Of a stretch of DNA of 64,000 nucleotides, positions 38,324 to 52,119 are shown in pieces. The notes beneath the pieces are model-generated. The model was given only the letters and a program-made list of their open reading frames with translations, was not told the DNA's origin and ran no database searches. Numbering within the stretch: the stretch's first letter is position 1; every line of letters begins with the position of its first letter. This stretch comes from the human T2T-CHM13v2.0 reference genome, Homo sapiens. The translations under genes were made by a program, and so were the position numbers. The stretch lies in the NCBI RefSeq assembly GCF_009914755.1, contig NC_060929.1. The stretch is one strand, 5' to 3'.

Positions 38324-38919
38324 GGTACCAATGTTTTTAAAAGCTTTATGGTTGAACCACTGAAATGAAACAAAAAGTAAATCCAAAGCTCATATACTCT
38401 AGCCAAACAATAGCCATTAATAGCTATTAAGTAAATAGAGGAGATGCTCAGTGATAATGAGCAGGTAGATCATCAGCATCCTTGTCATCACCACTACATC
38501 TGCCTCCTCCAGATCATTTGGTAGCCAAGTCCAATGTCAAAGGAATAAAGGAAATCTGCCTCTGTTGAGGGCTTGCTGTATGTCACGCACTATGCTAAAT
38601 TCTTCACTGTTTCATTTAACGTTTACCGAAACCCTTATTATTTTACAAATGAGGACGTTGAGGCTCAGAACAAGGCACCAATTTACCCAGGATTTCACAG
38701 CTCATCGGGGCAGTGGGGGACCCTCTTCCAGGCCCACCTGGCTGTAGAGACCACACTCTTTCCTGTCTCCATGCAGAGGGGCCTCCTGCTCACTTTAGCT
38801 CCCATTTCCCAGCCTGACTGCCTTGATTGGGCCGCATTTCTTTGTTCTGACCTCAAAAAGAGTTTTGTAGATTTGTGCCCACTTTTCTCATCACGCTTAA
38901 GAAAAGTGACCAAAGCTGA

Positions 38920-39215
38920 ACCAAGCTATCTAGGTTCAAATGCTGCTTACTGGCTATCGGGCCCCAAACTATCTGTGGAACTTCTTTGAGCCTCAATTTT
39001 TTGTTTTCTATAACATGGGAATAATATCAGTACCTCCCTCATAAGTTTCTTATGAAGATTAAGTATGTATGTGTTAAGATTCATATTAAGTGAGAATTAC
39101 GCATGTACGCATATACATACAAGATTAAGTATGTATGTAAGCATATATATATACACACACATTTACAATAGAGCATGAAATATAGCCAGTGTTCAGTTAA
39201 TGTCAAGTATTGTTA
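38920..39215 (+). mobile_element. MIR with internal micro-rearrangement
   Basis: 'ctaggttcaaat...tttgagcctcaattt...atgggaataatatcagtacct' MIR core. Confidence 0.6.
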
Positions 39216-39509
39216 ATATTATCCTATGGGCTGGAGTGAGAGGCCTCCTGGGGTGTTTGCTTTCCAGCCCCCAATCGGGTGGCATCCTGGATAGGGTATC
39301 ATCATACCTCTCCCCAGGAGATCAGGATAGGGAATTGTAAGAGCACTCAGGCTGGAGGTAGGATGTGCACCAGGGAAGCTCAGGCAGGAAGCTGCTGGCT
39401 TTCCTGGTCCCTGCAGACTAGGAGCAGCAGCCAGGGACCTGGGTTGACTGGGGGACGGGTCGGTGGGTGGGGTGAGATGACTATCACACCTCCTCTAAAA
39501 ACAAGATGG

Positions 39510-39841
<332 letters not shown>

Positions 39842-40006
39842 TCAGCTGCCAGCCCACGGCCTTGGACGCCACTGATGTGAGCCTGTCTGGGCTGGGGCAG
39901 AAGGGGCCAGCGTCAGGTCCTCAGACAATTTCCTCCTGGTAGCCTGGCCTGAGGCCCACCCAACCCAGGGAGCCGGCCCTGGCCAGCTGCAGCCAGTACC
40001 ACCTGG

Positions 40007-40025
40007 TGCCCAGCAGAGGGCAGCA
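40007..40025 (+). promoter_or_regulatory. strong CTCF-like motif
   Basis: TGCCCAGCAGAGGGCAGCA; motif only. Confidence 0.5.
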
Positions 40026-41309
40026 CAGGCCACAGGCTGGCTTTTTCTAGGTGAAATTTTGCTACAACGTGTAGCCTCTTGGGTTCGGTGTCTCCCCTGT
40101 ACTTCTCTGCAGGCCGGAGAAGTCCCGGACATTATCACAGACACCCTGCCTCATCCCCAGCTTCTGAGGTCTTTCTGGACTCTGTTAGCATATTTCAGAG
40201 GTTCACTGCAAACCAGAAACGGGACTTTGAGCTTGTGTTCCAGGGCAGAGGGCCCCAGCGCCTGTAGGTGCAGACAGCGCACCCCCAACACCCCCGAGTT
40301 TCCGCCTCCTCATCTGGAGAGCGGGGCTGGACAGGATGGTTTTTGGGGCTTTTTTGCAAGCTCACCGGGGCCAAGTGAGCTATTTCCCCTTGCCATTCTC
40401 TCCCAGGAGGAGAAGGCATAAGATGATGCTGAAGGCACAGGCTCTGGAAGAGGACAGGGCCATGCTTATTCCTGCCTTGTTATGTGATTATGGACAAGCC
40501 TTCACTGACCCTTGGAGTGATGGATAAAATCCGTACCCCACAGGGTTACAGGAGAAGTAAGTGAGGGACCACGTGCACGGAGCCCAGCAAGGTGCTCAGG
40601 AAACAATGCTATTGTTTTTCAGGTTACATCTTGGGGAGACCACCCAGAGGACCTTCTTTCAAGGACAGGTACCTGGAATTTCTCTCCCTTTCCTACATCA
40701 TCTTCTTGTTTTCATGCGCAGGGAGGCCACCACTACCTGAGCCAGACCACTCCCTTCTTAAGCCAGGGCCTGCAAATTGCTGCAGCACTGCCCCCTCGAT
40801 CTCAATCAGACACCCACATTCCTGCCCACCACGCCCAAAGCCCTTCATTGACCAAGACCCTGGCCTCGTCCCAATCCTCTGTAAAGTACACATGCGTCTT
40901 CAATCCACCCTACAGGACTGTGGAGCCGAGAAGATGTGGGGCTGAGCATTTACCTTTCCATAAGTTCTCCAGGGGGTTCTGAGGCCCACAGAATCAAAGA
41001 GCCACTGCTCTAGGCAATGAGATAGTATTCTAAAACAATTAATGAAGGCCCATGATGGGGACAGGAGAGCCATTATGCAAATTCCGGCCATTCGAGGTTA
41101 TTAATTTGCAGGAGAGACTGTAGACGCTGGGTAAAGAATGCCCACAATATTAGGCAGTCAGGAGGCTACCCTGCAGGGCCTGTTCCTGCTCCGCCTGGTG
41201 AGCAGAAAGGTCTCAGGGACCAGCTTTAAAGGATGACAGGCCTCCCACTGGGTCACAGGGCACAGCTGCCAGGACTGAGGCCAGAATGAAGGCGATCGCC
41301 CATCCGGCT

Positions 41310-41455
41310 CAGTGGTTCTCAGTCTTGGGTCAGCACTGGAATCCCCAGGAGGGAACACGGAAACCCCGAGAGCTGGCTCCGCCCCTAGAGCTGACCTCAG
41401 TAAATCTGAGATGAGGCCAGAGAAATTGCATTTCGACAAGTTCCCAGGTGTTGCA
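41310..41455. mobile_element. MER5-like hAT MITE fragment
   Basis: 'cagtggttctcagtcttgg...gaatccccaggagg...ttgcatttcgacaagttcccaggtg'. Confidence 0.65.
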
Positions 41456-41708
41456 GCGCAGGTGTGTGCATGCATGCATGCATGTGTACTTGTGTCTGTG
41501 CCCGTGCATGTGTGTGTTCCCCTGTTTTCTGCTTTCTGCAGTGTTTTAGCTCAGACTTCCTGATTGGGGTCCCATTCTTGACCAGAGGCCCAGTCTAGAC
41601 CTAGAAGAATACTAATACATGCCCAGCTGTTTAGAGCCCACAAGCCCTCTCATGGCCCTTGTTTCCAGGCCCCATAACAGCCCCATAAGTTTGTTTTAAA
41701 AGTGCATC

Positions 41709-42228
41709 TGTAGGGGAGAAAAGATTTCTTTCCTCATCCATCACTAGGTTCATGGCTGAGGCACCTGTAACAAAAGACAGACTCACAAGAGAAAAGCAAC
41801 CAAGTAATTTAAGTTTTGTGTGACATGGGAGCCTTGAGAAATGAAGACCCAAAGAAACAGGGACATCTATGTGATTTTTTGCCAAGTTTGATGAAGAAGC
41901 AGATAATTGTGGAGAAGTATAATCGGAAAATGGGGGTATGATTTGATGGTAATGACCTAAGTGGCATTTGGAAGGCCTGTTTGTTCAGATTCTTCTCTGC
42001 GTCTCTGCATCTTCATAGAGAAGGACTTTCCTTCCCTGTGGGTCTAGGGAAGGCACCTCTTAAATGAAGGTTTCATGACCCACTTGAGAATAAATTCAGG
42101 AAATTCTTTTATGGCCTGCTTCAGGGGAGAAGGGCAGGAGAAGGTCAGAGAGCGACCTTCCTTCTTCTGTGGTTTTCTCAAATGCCAAGGTGGCAGATCT
42201 GGGACAGTGTGTCCTGAACTCCCTCACA
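41709..42228 (-). mobile_element. ERV1 solo LTR (MER34-like; subfamily uncertain)
   Basis: 'tgtaggggagaaaag...ggttcatggctgaggcacctgtaacaaaagacaga...aaatgaagacccaaagaaacaggg...gtcctgaactccctca'. Confidence 0.75.
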
Positions 42229-44774
42229 ACCATGGCTGTCTGCAGGCCAGTCACTCAACGGCCATGAATGTGTATTGACTTGTGAGATCCTCCAAACAAA
42301 CCTTCAAATCTCTGCTCACCCCCATTTGAGAGACCAGAGATGAGCCAAGAGACATGAAGCAACCTTCCCAAGGGAGCAGAGCCAAGATTTGAACCAGGGC
42401 TGTTGGGCCAGTGAGCAAGGGCTTGAAATCCAGTGCAGCACAGGTATCTTCCTCAGCAGGCTCAGAGACAGGAGGTGGACCGGCCGGAGCAGAACGGACC
42501 CTCCCCTTCAAAGCGGGACTCTGCCCTTGAGCCCTGAGCAGCCACTCTGGACAGGGTCCACAGAGGAAGGCAATCCTCCAGCCCGCCATGCTTCCTCTGA
42601 CCTCTTCCCTCTCTCAGATGGAACTGCAAGAAGATCCCAAACCATCCAGGTTTCCCCTACCTCTGGACCTTTGCACAGCCTTCAGAGCAGCCCTGAGGTG
42701 ATCTCCTGGGCCATCAGCACATGACCGAACAAACCTTGGGCCACCAAGCTCCTTCCCCGGAGTTGGCTCTGAGGCCAATCCCCCGATTTCACACCATTTT
42801 ACCATTCCTAGCCTTGGTCCCTCCACAGAGCCCCCTGTTTGCTCCCCACTGTGCTTCCTGGCACCAGCCTCAGTATTTCCAGAAACACATGCAGAGACTC
42901 AAGGCTTGGAGGACTGGCTTTATCGAGAGGCTCTGGAAGGCTCTCTGACCCCAGTGGAATTTGGCTCTCTCCGTCCCTCCAGATGTTACTCAGGCCCCGA
43001 ACCTTGCCCAGCCTTGTTAGTGGCTTCTCCTTCCCACACAGGCTGTGCCACCCCTTCTCCCTCAGCCTGGACCCCAGACCAGTACTGAGCTTTTCCTGTC
43101 AGCCCCTTGGGTCACTGCAGACAAGACTCTAGTGTTCAAACTCTGGCTTGAGCTCAGAGCAGGGCCCACTCTGGGCTTGAAAATACCTCGTGTGGGGACA
43201 GCAGGGCACACTGGAGAGGTGAGGAGGGTCTCCTGTCCTAGGCTGAGGAGCTGGCCCAGAGGCAGCCCTGGCCTCCTCGCCACTACCCTGAAATCAATTC
43301 CTCATCTGAGGGAGCTTTCTAAAATAAAATTTAAAAATTGCCCACGGACCTGCCCAGCTTAAAGCCTTTGCAAGGCTGCTCTTGACCCCAGCATGAAACC
43401 CAAGCTCCTCTCCATCCTGGCTGCCAAGGCCCCAAGCCACTCGCCCAGCCCACCAGCCTCACCACACTCCCGTAGACTTCCCCACTCTTGGGTGGGGGTG
43501 GGAGGGCTACACGAAGCTCTAAAGTCAGCCCGTGCTCTTTCTCACCCCCAAGCCATTGCACAGCCTGCTCCCTTGGTCTAGAACACTCCCTGTATCTGAC
43601 TTCGACATGTTTCTTCCTCCAGGAAGCCCTCCCTGATGCCCCATTCCCCCTCCAAGGACTGCCCAGCATCTGGAGCACCCTGTACCGAGCGGCACACTGT
43701 GGTGCTGGAAACATCCTTGTTGTACTCCTCTGTGCCTGGACACTGCATGTGGGCCTGTCCATACGCCACCCAGACCCCTCGGGTACCTTTCACCATTTCT
43801 GAGCACTCTTCCCCTGGCTTCTGTGTGTTTTTGCTTCTAAGAATCTGTTGGGAAGAAAATATTCCCTCTCTATCAACTTAGATCCTAGTGGTAGGGTGGA
43901 GGGCTACAAATCAACTGACAATGGACAGATTCACAGGAGAAAAAAACAATCAGTTGTACTCACATGCCTGGGGAAGACTGAACAGCTGGGAATAAGGGCT
44001 TCTATACCCACTTAATAAACCGGGTGAACTGAATGGGGTTAAGGCTGCTGTGGAGGCCCAGGAATCAATCAGAAGCCTTCAGCTTTCACCTCCCATCCCC
44101 CGTTCCCTGACCCCATGCCACCAGATGCAAATAAGAAGGAAACTTTAATTCCACAAATTGAAGCATTTATGAAGCTCAGCAGGCAACCTGGCAGGCAGGC
44201 AGGCACAAGTGAGGAACAAGGGCCCCGGGCTGGGCTGCCTTCCAGGCAGGTCCCCTCGACACAGGCCACTGCAGCTCTCTCCTGCAATGTGTCAGGAGAG
44301 CCTGGCACAATGTGGGGGACGGGGGCGGGGGGGGTGCGGAGCTTGGCACCACCTGGTGGTCTCAGCTGCCACTCCACACGTAGGAGGCTGGATGCCTGCT
44401 GGGGCAGAAGGCGGAATCCAGCCTGACCACTTAGTGGGGCTCATCTACGCGAGCCTTGGGAGCAGTGGCAGGCTGCTGTGAGGGGCGCGCTAGCCTGAGG
44501 AACCCTCAGCCTCAGTACTCCTGGGTCGAGCTGCAGGAGCAGGCCTGGCAAGTCCCTAAGGCTTCCAGCAACATTCCCCTTCCCCAGGCTTGGCAGTGCC
44601 AGCCCACAGCTCAGTCATGGGACACCAGGTGGGCTCCTTTCTTGTGGGCCTGGGGCAGTCTGCTGAGAAGAAGTGGGCTTGCAGCCTTGAGGGGGATTAG
44701 ATCCTGGAGGAGAGGCCCATCCCTTCCTTCATACAACCGGGGTATGGCTGGCTGTCCACAGGCGGCCATCCCCG

Positions 44775-45147
44775 TGCTACAGGCTGAGTTCTGTCTTCCC
44801 CAAACTCACGTGCTGAAGGCAGGACCTTGCAATGGGACTGTTCTTGGAGACAGGGCCTTTAAAGGGGTAACTACATTAAAGTGAGGTCATTAGGTTGGGC
44901 CCTCATCCCATGTGACTTGTATCTTCATGCGAAGAGAATAAGACATAGACACACACACAAAGGTAAGACCACGTGAAGACACGGAGAAGGCGGCGTCTGC
45001 AAACCAAGGAGAGAGGCCTCAGGGGAAACCAACCTGCTGACACCTTCATCTCAGACTTCCGGGCTCCAGCACTGGAAGAAAATGAATTTTTGTTTAAGCC
45101 GCCCAGTCTGTGGCACCTTATTATATCAGCCTGAGCAAACCAATACA
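44775..45147 (+). mobile_element. MaLR solo LTR (MLT1B-like)
   Basis: 'ttggagacagggcctttaaaggggtaa...gtgaggtcattagg...gagagaggcctcaggggaaaccaacctgctgacacc...caaaccaataca'. Confidence 0.88.
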
Positions 45148-46521
45148 CAAGGGCCCAGATACCTAAACAGGAAAGTGTGATAAGGCCATTTAAACCACAA
45201 ATACACAGCGGGGGTCCCAGATCCCAGAGCAGGGTCTCAGTTATTTCACAGATCACAAAACTGAGGATGCTGAGGAAGGGGGCCTCCCCAAGGCCACACA
45301 ACAACTTAGAGGAAACACGGAACTGAAGGAAATTGATTCCCAGGGGAGGGCCCTTGCCTGACCCCCTCCTAGGGGAGAGTCAGAGGGTTTCCAGGAGCAT
45401 GAGGATGCTGAGACTACAGGACTACAGATGGAGGGTGTTTCATGGCTGAGTGAAGGGGTAGAAGCCAGGCGAGTATGACACAGGATCCCTCTTGACAGAA
45501 TTAGAACACAGAGATCTGGAGTTCCCATCATGCCCCTACCACAGATTCATGGTGGAAACTTGGGCCTCATCTGCTTATCTCTGAAGTGCAGAAATTTATA
45601 GCACCTACCTCCAGGGAGAGTTGGGGGTTAACTGAGATCACGATGTACAAACCTGTAAGCTGTAAGGCAATGGAAAAGTGGAGGGTATGTCCTTGGATGA
45701 AGCTTCCGCTCTGGACAGCATGGAGGACCCAGGAGTCAGGCTGGGCTGCTGGCTCACAGGTGTTCTCTCCCCCTGGCCCAATGCCCTGGTTCCCATTGCC
45801 GTCTGAGCTCCTCCCTTCCATGTCTCTGTTCTTGCTTCCTTCCCTCGGTCTGCCGTCGCCCTTTGTCAGTGATCAGACGTGACCATGGGTAACAGGCATG
45901 AATTTTAGTCTCTGCATGCTCAGGTGTGTAAGAAACATGGCTTCCTTTAGTTCCTATAACTAAACTTTATTTTCAGTTTGCACTGATCTTCCTCCAGCTG
46001 CCCTCCCAGCCCAGCAGGGCCTCTGCCCTGGCAGGGATGGGATCAGAACTCAAAGCCCCTTTCATGCAACCGTGTGTGCACAGTTACACACAGATCTGTC
46101 TAAAATCTAACTAGTAGGAAGCAGTGAGAACTTGGTGCTTTGTAGAGAGGCTTTGTGATTCAGATAACAGGGCTAGCTCCAGGGAGTGTGGAACAAACGA
46201 GACCCCTGAGGGCACAGACACCTCAGAGCATTTGTACCTCTGGTGCTGGGGAGGGGTGGGGGGCCCATCTGTGAGCCTCTGGTGCCCATGTGCCCACGTG
46301 CAGGGTTTGTATCTTTGTGCACTTTGTACCTCTGTGTGGCAGGCGATCAATGGTGTTTCTATCTCAGCCAGGGACTCAGGTGCGAGACTGAGAAGCCCAG
46401 GAGGCAAGAGGCACCTGCAGCCCTAGAGCCCACTGCAGATTTTCCTTGAGGGCCGTATATCCAGAACCATCCCAGGGCTTGGCTTTTGAGAGAAAATGTA
46501 GTCTTAAAGAATGAACAAGTG

Positions 46522-46935
<414 letters not shown>

Positions 46936-47509
46936 TTATGAAGCATCCTCACCCACTGACATGTGCAGTACTTAAGACGGTGCACCCTGGAGTCAAATCC
47001 CAGCTTGGCCCCACATGAGCTCTGAGGCCCTTGAGGAGACAGCGTTGCAAAGACCCCAGGGGCCGAGTAAGCAGAGGCCTTTCAGAGATCAGAGAAAAGG
47101 CCACATAGCTGGGAGCCTTTGTGAAACTGGAGAGGTCATCGGGGCCAGATCCTCAGGGGCCCAGGGGCCCTGGAAAGGAATCTGGTCTTGTACCTAGAAA
47201 TGGTGGCATTAATTATGTGACTTTGTCCAAGTCGCTGTCCTATTCTGAGCTTCAGTTTTCTTGTCTGCAAAGGGCTCTGGACCAAACCATCTAGGATCCA
47301 CCCTGACCCTGGGCCTTCATGTCAGGTTAAGGAGAGACAGGGCCTCATTCTGCGTTCAGGATGAGTTTCTCCAGGGAAAGGCCTTCTAGCTCCGCCCTGC
47401 CCTGTCTGGCTCTGGGGACCACGCAGGACTCTCAAGACACTAGGTCACTACACTCAGGAGTTTCCCATTTCTGCCAAGACAATCTGGAGAAGACATCACC
47501 CCACTTGAG

Positions 47510-47718
47510 TCATGAGATGTCCTCAACAGCACCTTCTAGAGTGCAGATCTTTTTGCTGCTGTGAGAGAGGGGTTTATGCAGAATGATATTGTCAGTGTAG
47601 ACATGTTTCACACAGAGGAGAACTCAGGACAGGGGACAGGAATGGAGGCAGGAACTCGATCTATTAGAACAAGTTTTCTGATGTGGTTATGCATCAGGGA
47701 TGTAGAATCCTGTGCCTT
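47510..47718 (+). repeat. left arm of ~209-bp inverted duplication
   Basis: Reverse complement of 48397-48604; about 14 differences by hand alignment. Confidence 0.96.
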
Positions 47719-48396
47719 CAGGATTTCTGGGATTAAAGACAATCCCAGAAAACAGGCCTGGACAGGTCCTGGAATCAGCCCCAAGCCTATTTGGATAGGG
47801 GATTCTGGGGTCCTCGTACCCAGAGCCTGGTCTAGACAGAAGGAGGGAGTGGGCTCTGGGTGGGCAAACCCACCTTGGCCCTTTCCCTTCCCTCATCCTG
47901 TGGGGAGGGGCTCAGCTAGTGGAGGGTCAGAGAGGGTCTAAAGCAGGGGTTCCATGGTAGGCACCCCTCTTGTCCAGACCCAAAGGTGGCTTGGATCACC
48001 ACCGAGGCACAGCTGAGTGATAAGTTGATGAGCAGCTGTGTTTTGCTGCCACATAAAAATGCCTCATTCCCCACCCCCCGGCCCTGAAGTGACTATTTAC
48101 TGAGAGAGGCAACCCTACTGAACAAAAGCCTGCTATTTATTACACATTCGGTGAACACCCCACAGTTCCAGTGCATGGGGAGGGCTTGGAAACCAAATCA
48201 ACCTTGGGAAAAGGAGGTGCAGAGGCCAAGGTCAAAACCAATTCATGGAAGTGGGAAGAAAGCAGGGCTGGCCTCAACCTTTTCACTATTAGAGAGATGG
48301 CCATGTAAAGTAGTGAGCCTCCTGTGGAAGGCATATGCAAGAACAGGTAGAATGATTATTTCTTAGGGGTTTTGTAGAAAGGATTCCTTACACACA

Positions 48397-48604
48397 AAGG
48401 CACAGGATTCTACATCCCTGGAGCATAACTACATCAGAAAACTTGTTGTAATAGATTGAGTTCCTGCCACCACTCCTGTCCTCGTCCTGAGTTCTCCTCT
48501 GTGTGAAACATGTCTAGACTGACAATGTCATTCTGCATAAGCCCCTCTTTCACAGCAGCAAAAAGATCTGCACCCTAGAAGGTGCTGTTGAGGACATCTC
48601 ATGA
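48397..48604 (-). repeat. right arm of ~209-bp inverted duplication
   Basis: Reverse complement of 47510-47718. Confidence 0.96.
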
Positions 48605-48917
48605 TGCAAATGAAGCAGCTGCTTGCAGGAGCCATGGAGGGGCTTGGGCAGCAGGCGGGGGGTGCCCACAGGCATGTGCCCCTCCAGAAATGGGCAGGAA
48701 GTGGAAGGAAGAGAAAGGGAGTCAGGCCCAGGGCAGGGGTGGGGGCTGGGGTCTGCTTTCTCCACACTGCCAGGTTCTGGTGAGGACCTCCCAGGTGGGT
48801 GTAAATTTGCAAACCCAAATGGTTAAGAAGATATATCTGTTAATGTAGAACATTTTGTATTTAACCAGTAATTGACTTGATTCATAACTTTAAGTATGCA
48901 GATGTGGTAAGTGGACC

Positions 48918-49428
48918 TCAGTATTAGCTTCCTATTGCCACTGGAACAAATGACCAGAAACTTCGTGGCTTCAAACAACACACCTTTATTATCTGACATT
49001 TCTGGGGGTCAGAAATCCAAAATGACTCTCCCTGGGCTGGATCCGGGTGTTGGCAGAGCTGCGTTCCTTCTGGGGTCCTGGGGGAAGCCTGTTTCCTTGC
49101 CTTTTCCAGTGTCTAGAGGCTGACCCCATTCTTTGGCTCATGGCCTCTTCCTCCGTCTTCAAAGCCAGCAGTGTTGGGCCGAGTCTTTCTCAGGCTGCTA
49201 CCTCTGTTCTCTCTCTCGTGCCTCCCTATGTCATTTGTCAAGACCCAGAGGATTCCACAGGCCTACCCAGATAACCCGGGGTAATCTTCCCACTTTAAAG
49301 CCAGCTGATTGACAACCTTAATCCCATCCACAACCTCTGTGACCCTCTGCCATGCAAGGTAACATACTCACAGGCATAGGGATGAGGATGCGGATGTCTT
49401 TAGAGGGCCACTGTTTTGCCTACCACAG
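48918..49428 (-). mobile_element. MaLR LTR (MLT1D/C-like)
   Basis: 'gtattagcttcctattgcc...gggtcagaaatccaaaatg...cttggctcatggcc...ttttgcctaccaca'. Confidence 0.8.
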
Positions 49429-51307
49429 CTTCCATTTGGATTCTTGTCCCAACCCCTACAAAAGTGAGGCATATAATTTGTTGAATTCTGAATAAAATGC
49501 TACCAGTGTCTACAAATTATATTTTTTCTTTTTTTAAAAAAAAAAAAAAACCTTCTTCCCCAAGTCTGGTTTCCTTTAGACCTCAGGACTAAGTACCTGA
49601 GAAGATCTGCGGGCAAGGATAGTTATGTGATTATCTGGACAGAATGGCATTTCTGATTGACATTGTTGCATTACTTTGGCTCCAGATGCAGTGGCCTGAG
49701 AGCAGAAATAAAACCCCCTCCAGCTGCCTCAGCCCACCCTTTGCAGAGGGAGAATTGAGTTGGGGCCACACGGTGGGAAGCACTAATCCTCAGTCCACAC
49801 AAACCCTCGCTTTCCAATTATTTTGATGGAAGTCATGAAAGAGCACTCAGCTAGGCATTATTAATCCATTTTTTCAATTCAGCAAGTATTGATTGAGCAG
49901 CTACCCTGTGCCAGTGAGGTTGGAAACACAAGGGTGATGAACAAGGTACATGTGCCTGGCCGTCACTGGCCAGCTCTGTCACTGCAGGCGGGAACTTTCC
50001 TTCCTGTGGGGCCCAGGGTTTTATAATCACATGAGCACCTACACATCCGGTACAGAGCCCCGTTAAGGGGGCAGGGCCTGGCCTGCCTCCTTCACTGTTG
50101 TCTCCAATTGCCTCAGATGCATGTGGATGCTCATTCGTTGAATGAATGAATGAATAGATGGTCCTTGCTGATCGGAGAGTCAATGACTGTATCAGGCCAA
50201 CTGGAAAAGCAGAGGGCAAGCCAAGAGAAGACTTGGACAGTGCCTGCCACCATGGCTGCGAGTGAGAGGACTGCGGATCCCGAGGTGGATTCCTGGGGTG
50301 GCAGCTACTGTTTACAAAGCACTTTGCTGGTATTTATTAGGCCACGCAGTTCCCTTCCAAGTTTCCTCCTGTTATCATTCTCACTTTGCAAATGAAGAAA
50401 CTGAGGTACTGGGATAAAACTTGCTGAAGACCACATGGCTAGTAAGTGTCAGAGCTTGGATGTGAACCTGAATGCTCGCTGAGGAGAGAGCAGCTCGCCT
50501 CCTTCCCTCACAGGCACATAGTCAGCCTTCCCGAATTTCATCCGGCAACAATTAACCTCTCCCTTCTCACTATCCCCCGCTCCCTTTCCATCTGTAGAGA
50601 TCTCCTTGGATCTAAATTATCAGGGCCTAAAGCCAGGCCATACTACCGAGGTTAAAGAAGGTGAAAGGGCTGCATTGGGCAACATTGTTCCTTCAATCCT
50701 AACTCTTTAATCCTAATTCATCACTGCACACTCTGCTCCCTTCCCTGGGTGAAGACAGTTTGATTTGCCCAGTATCCAGAAAGTTTGTGCTAAGACAAGG
50801 GAAATTGCCACATGGCTCTCTGTTTCATTCAGTCCTTCATAAGCATGCAGCCTGACCTGGAGAAACTGACAGTGTAAAATGCATGGAGCAGCTCCTGTCC
50901 CTCTCTTTCCTACCCTTGAGCACTCTCTAAGCAGTAGCTGGCCGATACAGTCGCCCAGGAAGTCTCCCTGTAGCTCGGCCGTCAGTCATTACCCTCACTG
51001 GCAGCACGGGACAGAGAACGGGATATGTTCTCCCCTTTTATTTTGTGTGGTGAGACTTGGAAAACTCTGCGCCTAGAAAAATCCATTTCTGAAGGTTGCT
51101 GCTATTGAGTAGTGCAGTGAGACTGGGTTTGAAGGTATTGGACTCTTACATAGGCTATGTGAACGTGGGCAAATTGCATCTTCTCTTTGAGAAGTCTGAG
51201 CTCAAGTCTTGCTTTGAGTTATTTGTGTACTAACCTTTGACCTTGCTGACAAAAAAAAAAAAATCACAGTGCTGGGTACAGCTCCTGACACTCCACCTCC
51301 CCTACTT

Positions 51308-51577
51308 CTTTTTTAGATACAGGGTCTTGCTCTGTTGCCCAGGCTAAAGTACATTGGTGCAATCATAGCTCACTGCAGCCTTGAACTTCTGCCTCAAACA
51401 ATCCTCCCACCTCAGCCTCACGAGTAGGTGGGACTACAGGTGTACTAGTATGCCCAGCTATTTTTATTTATTTATTTTGCTGTCCATCCTGATCTGGAAC
51501 TCCTGGGCTCAAGCAATCCTCCTGCCTCGGCCTCCCAAAATGCTGGGATTACAGGCATGAGGCACTGCACCCAGCCT
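51308..51577 (-). mobile_element. Alu (AluJ-type)
   Basis: 'cagggtcttgctctgttgcccaggct...ctcctgggctcaagcaatcctcctgcctcggcctccc'. Confidence 0.92.
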
Positions 51578-51968
51578 CAACTTCTCCCACTTCTATCTTC
51601 TCCCCAGTTCTAGGTGAGGCAGGACCTGCCACATGTCCAAATCTCCATCTGTCCCCAGCACTCTACTAAATGGCTTAACTGGGCCCTCACGTCCCTCCCT
51701 GGGGATCCTGTGAAAAGACTTGTGAACCTGCTCCAGGTCCTGACTGAACCAAATTTCCTCTCTCTACATGCCGAAAGAGTAATAGGTGTTCCTGCATTAA
51801 GCAATGGCTTAATTTAGGTTTATTTTCATTCTTCAGATATCTCTCCCATTTGATGTTTCACCCCCTTGAAGCTCAGGTGAATCTCCATCTTCTTATTCAT
51901 CTGAATATTCCTCATGCCTGGCATCACGCCTCACTCATAGAGTAGGAATTCAAAAACATCCCAGTAGG

Positions 51969-52036
51969 AGCTGGGAAAGCTCCTACTGCATGTCTTGTAC
52001 ATCTGCTGTATGCCAGCTGGGAAAGCTCCTACTGCA
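51969..52036. repeat. 22-bp direct duplication flanking a 24-bp insert also present at 53173-53196
   Basis: agctgggaaagctcctactgca at 51969-51990 and 52015-52036; 51988-52016 matches 53170-53198 at 28 of 29 positions. Confidence 0.95.
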
Positions 52037-52119
52037 AGAGAGAGGCAAACCACAAAGGGGACTAAGGGGAAGAATTGGGAGGGGGGCATTTATTGCCCCA
52101 AATGACTGAATTTGGGTCA

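Noticed and set aside
41462-41490. (TGCA)n palindrome / alternating purine-pyrimidine tract as a functional element
   Set aside because: Short simple repeat of a very common kind, with no supporting context.
47599-47608. p53 response element (AGACATGTTT, mirrored in the right arm)
   Set aside because: Only one decamer half-site per arm; the adjacent decamers do not fit RRRCWWGYYY.
47510-48604. The inverted repeat as the TIRs of a DNA transposon, or as a pre-miRNA
   Set aside because: No TSD, no recognisable terminal motif and no transposase remnant in the spacer. A 678-nt loop is unlike a canonical pre-miRNA.
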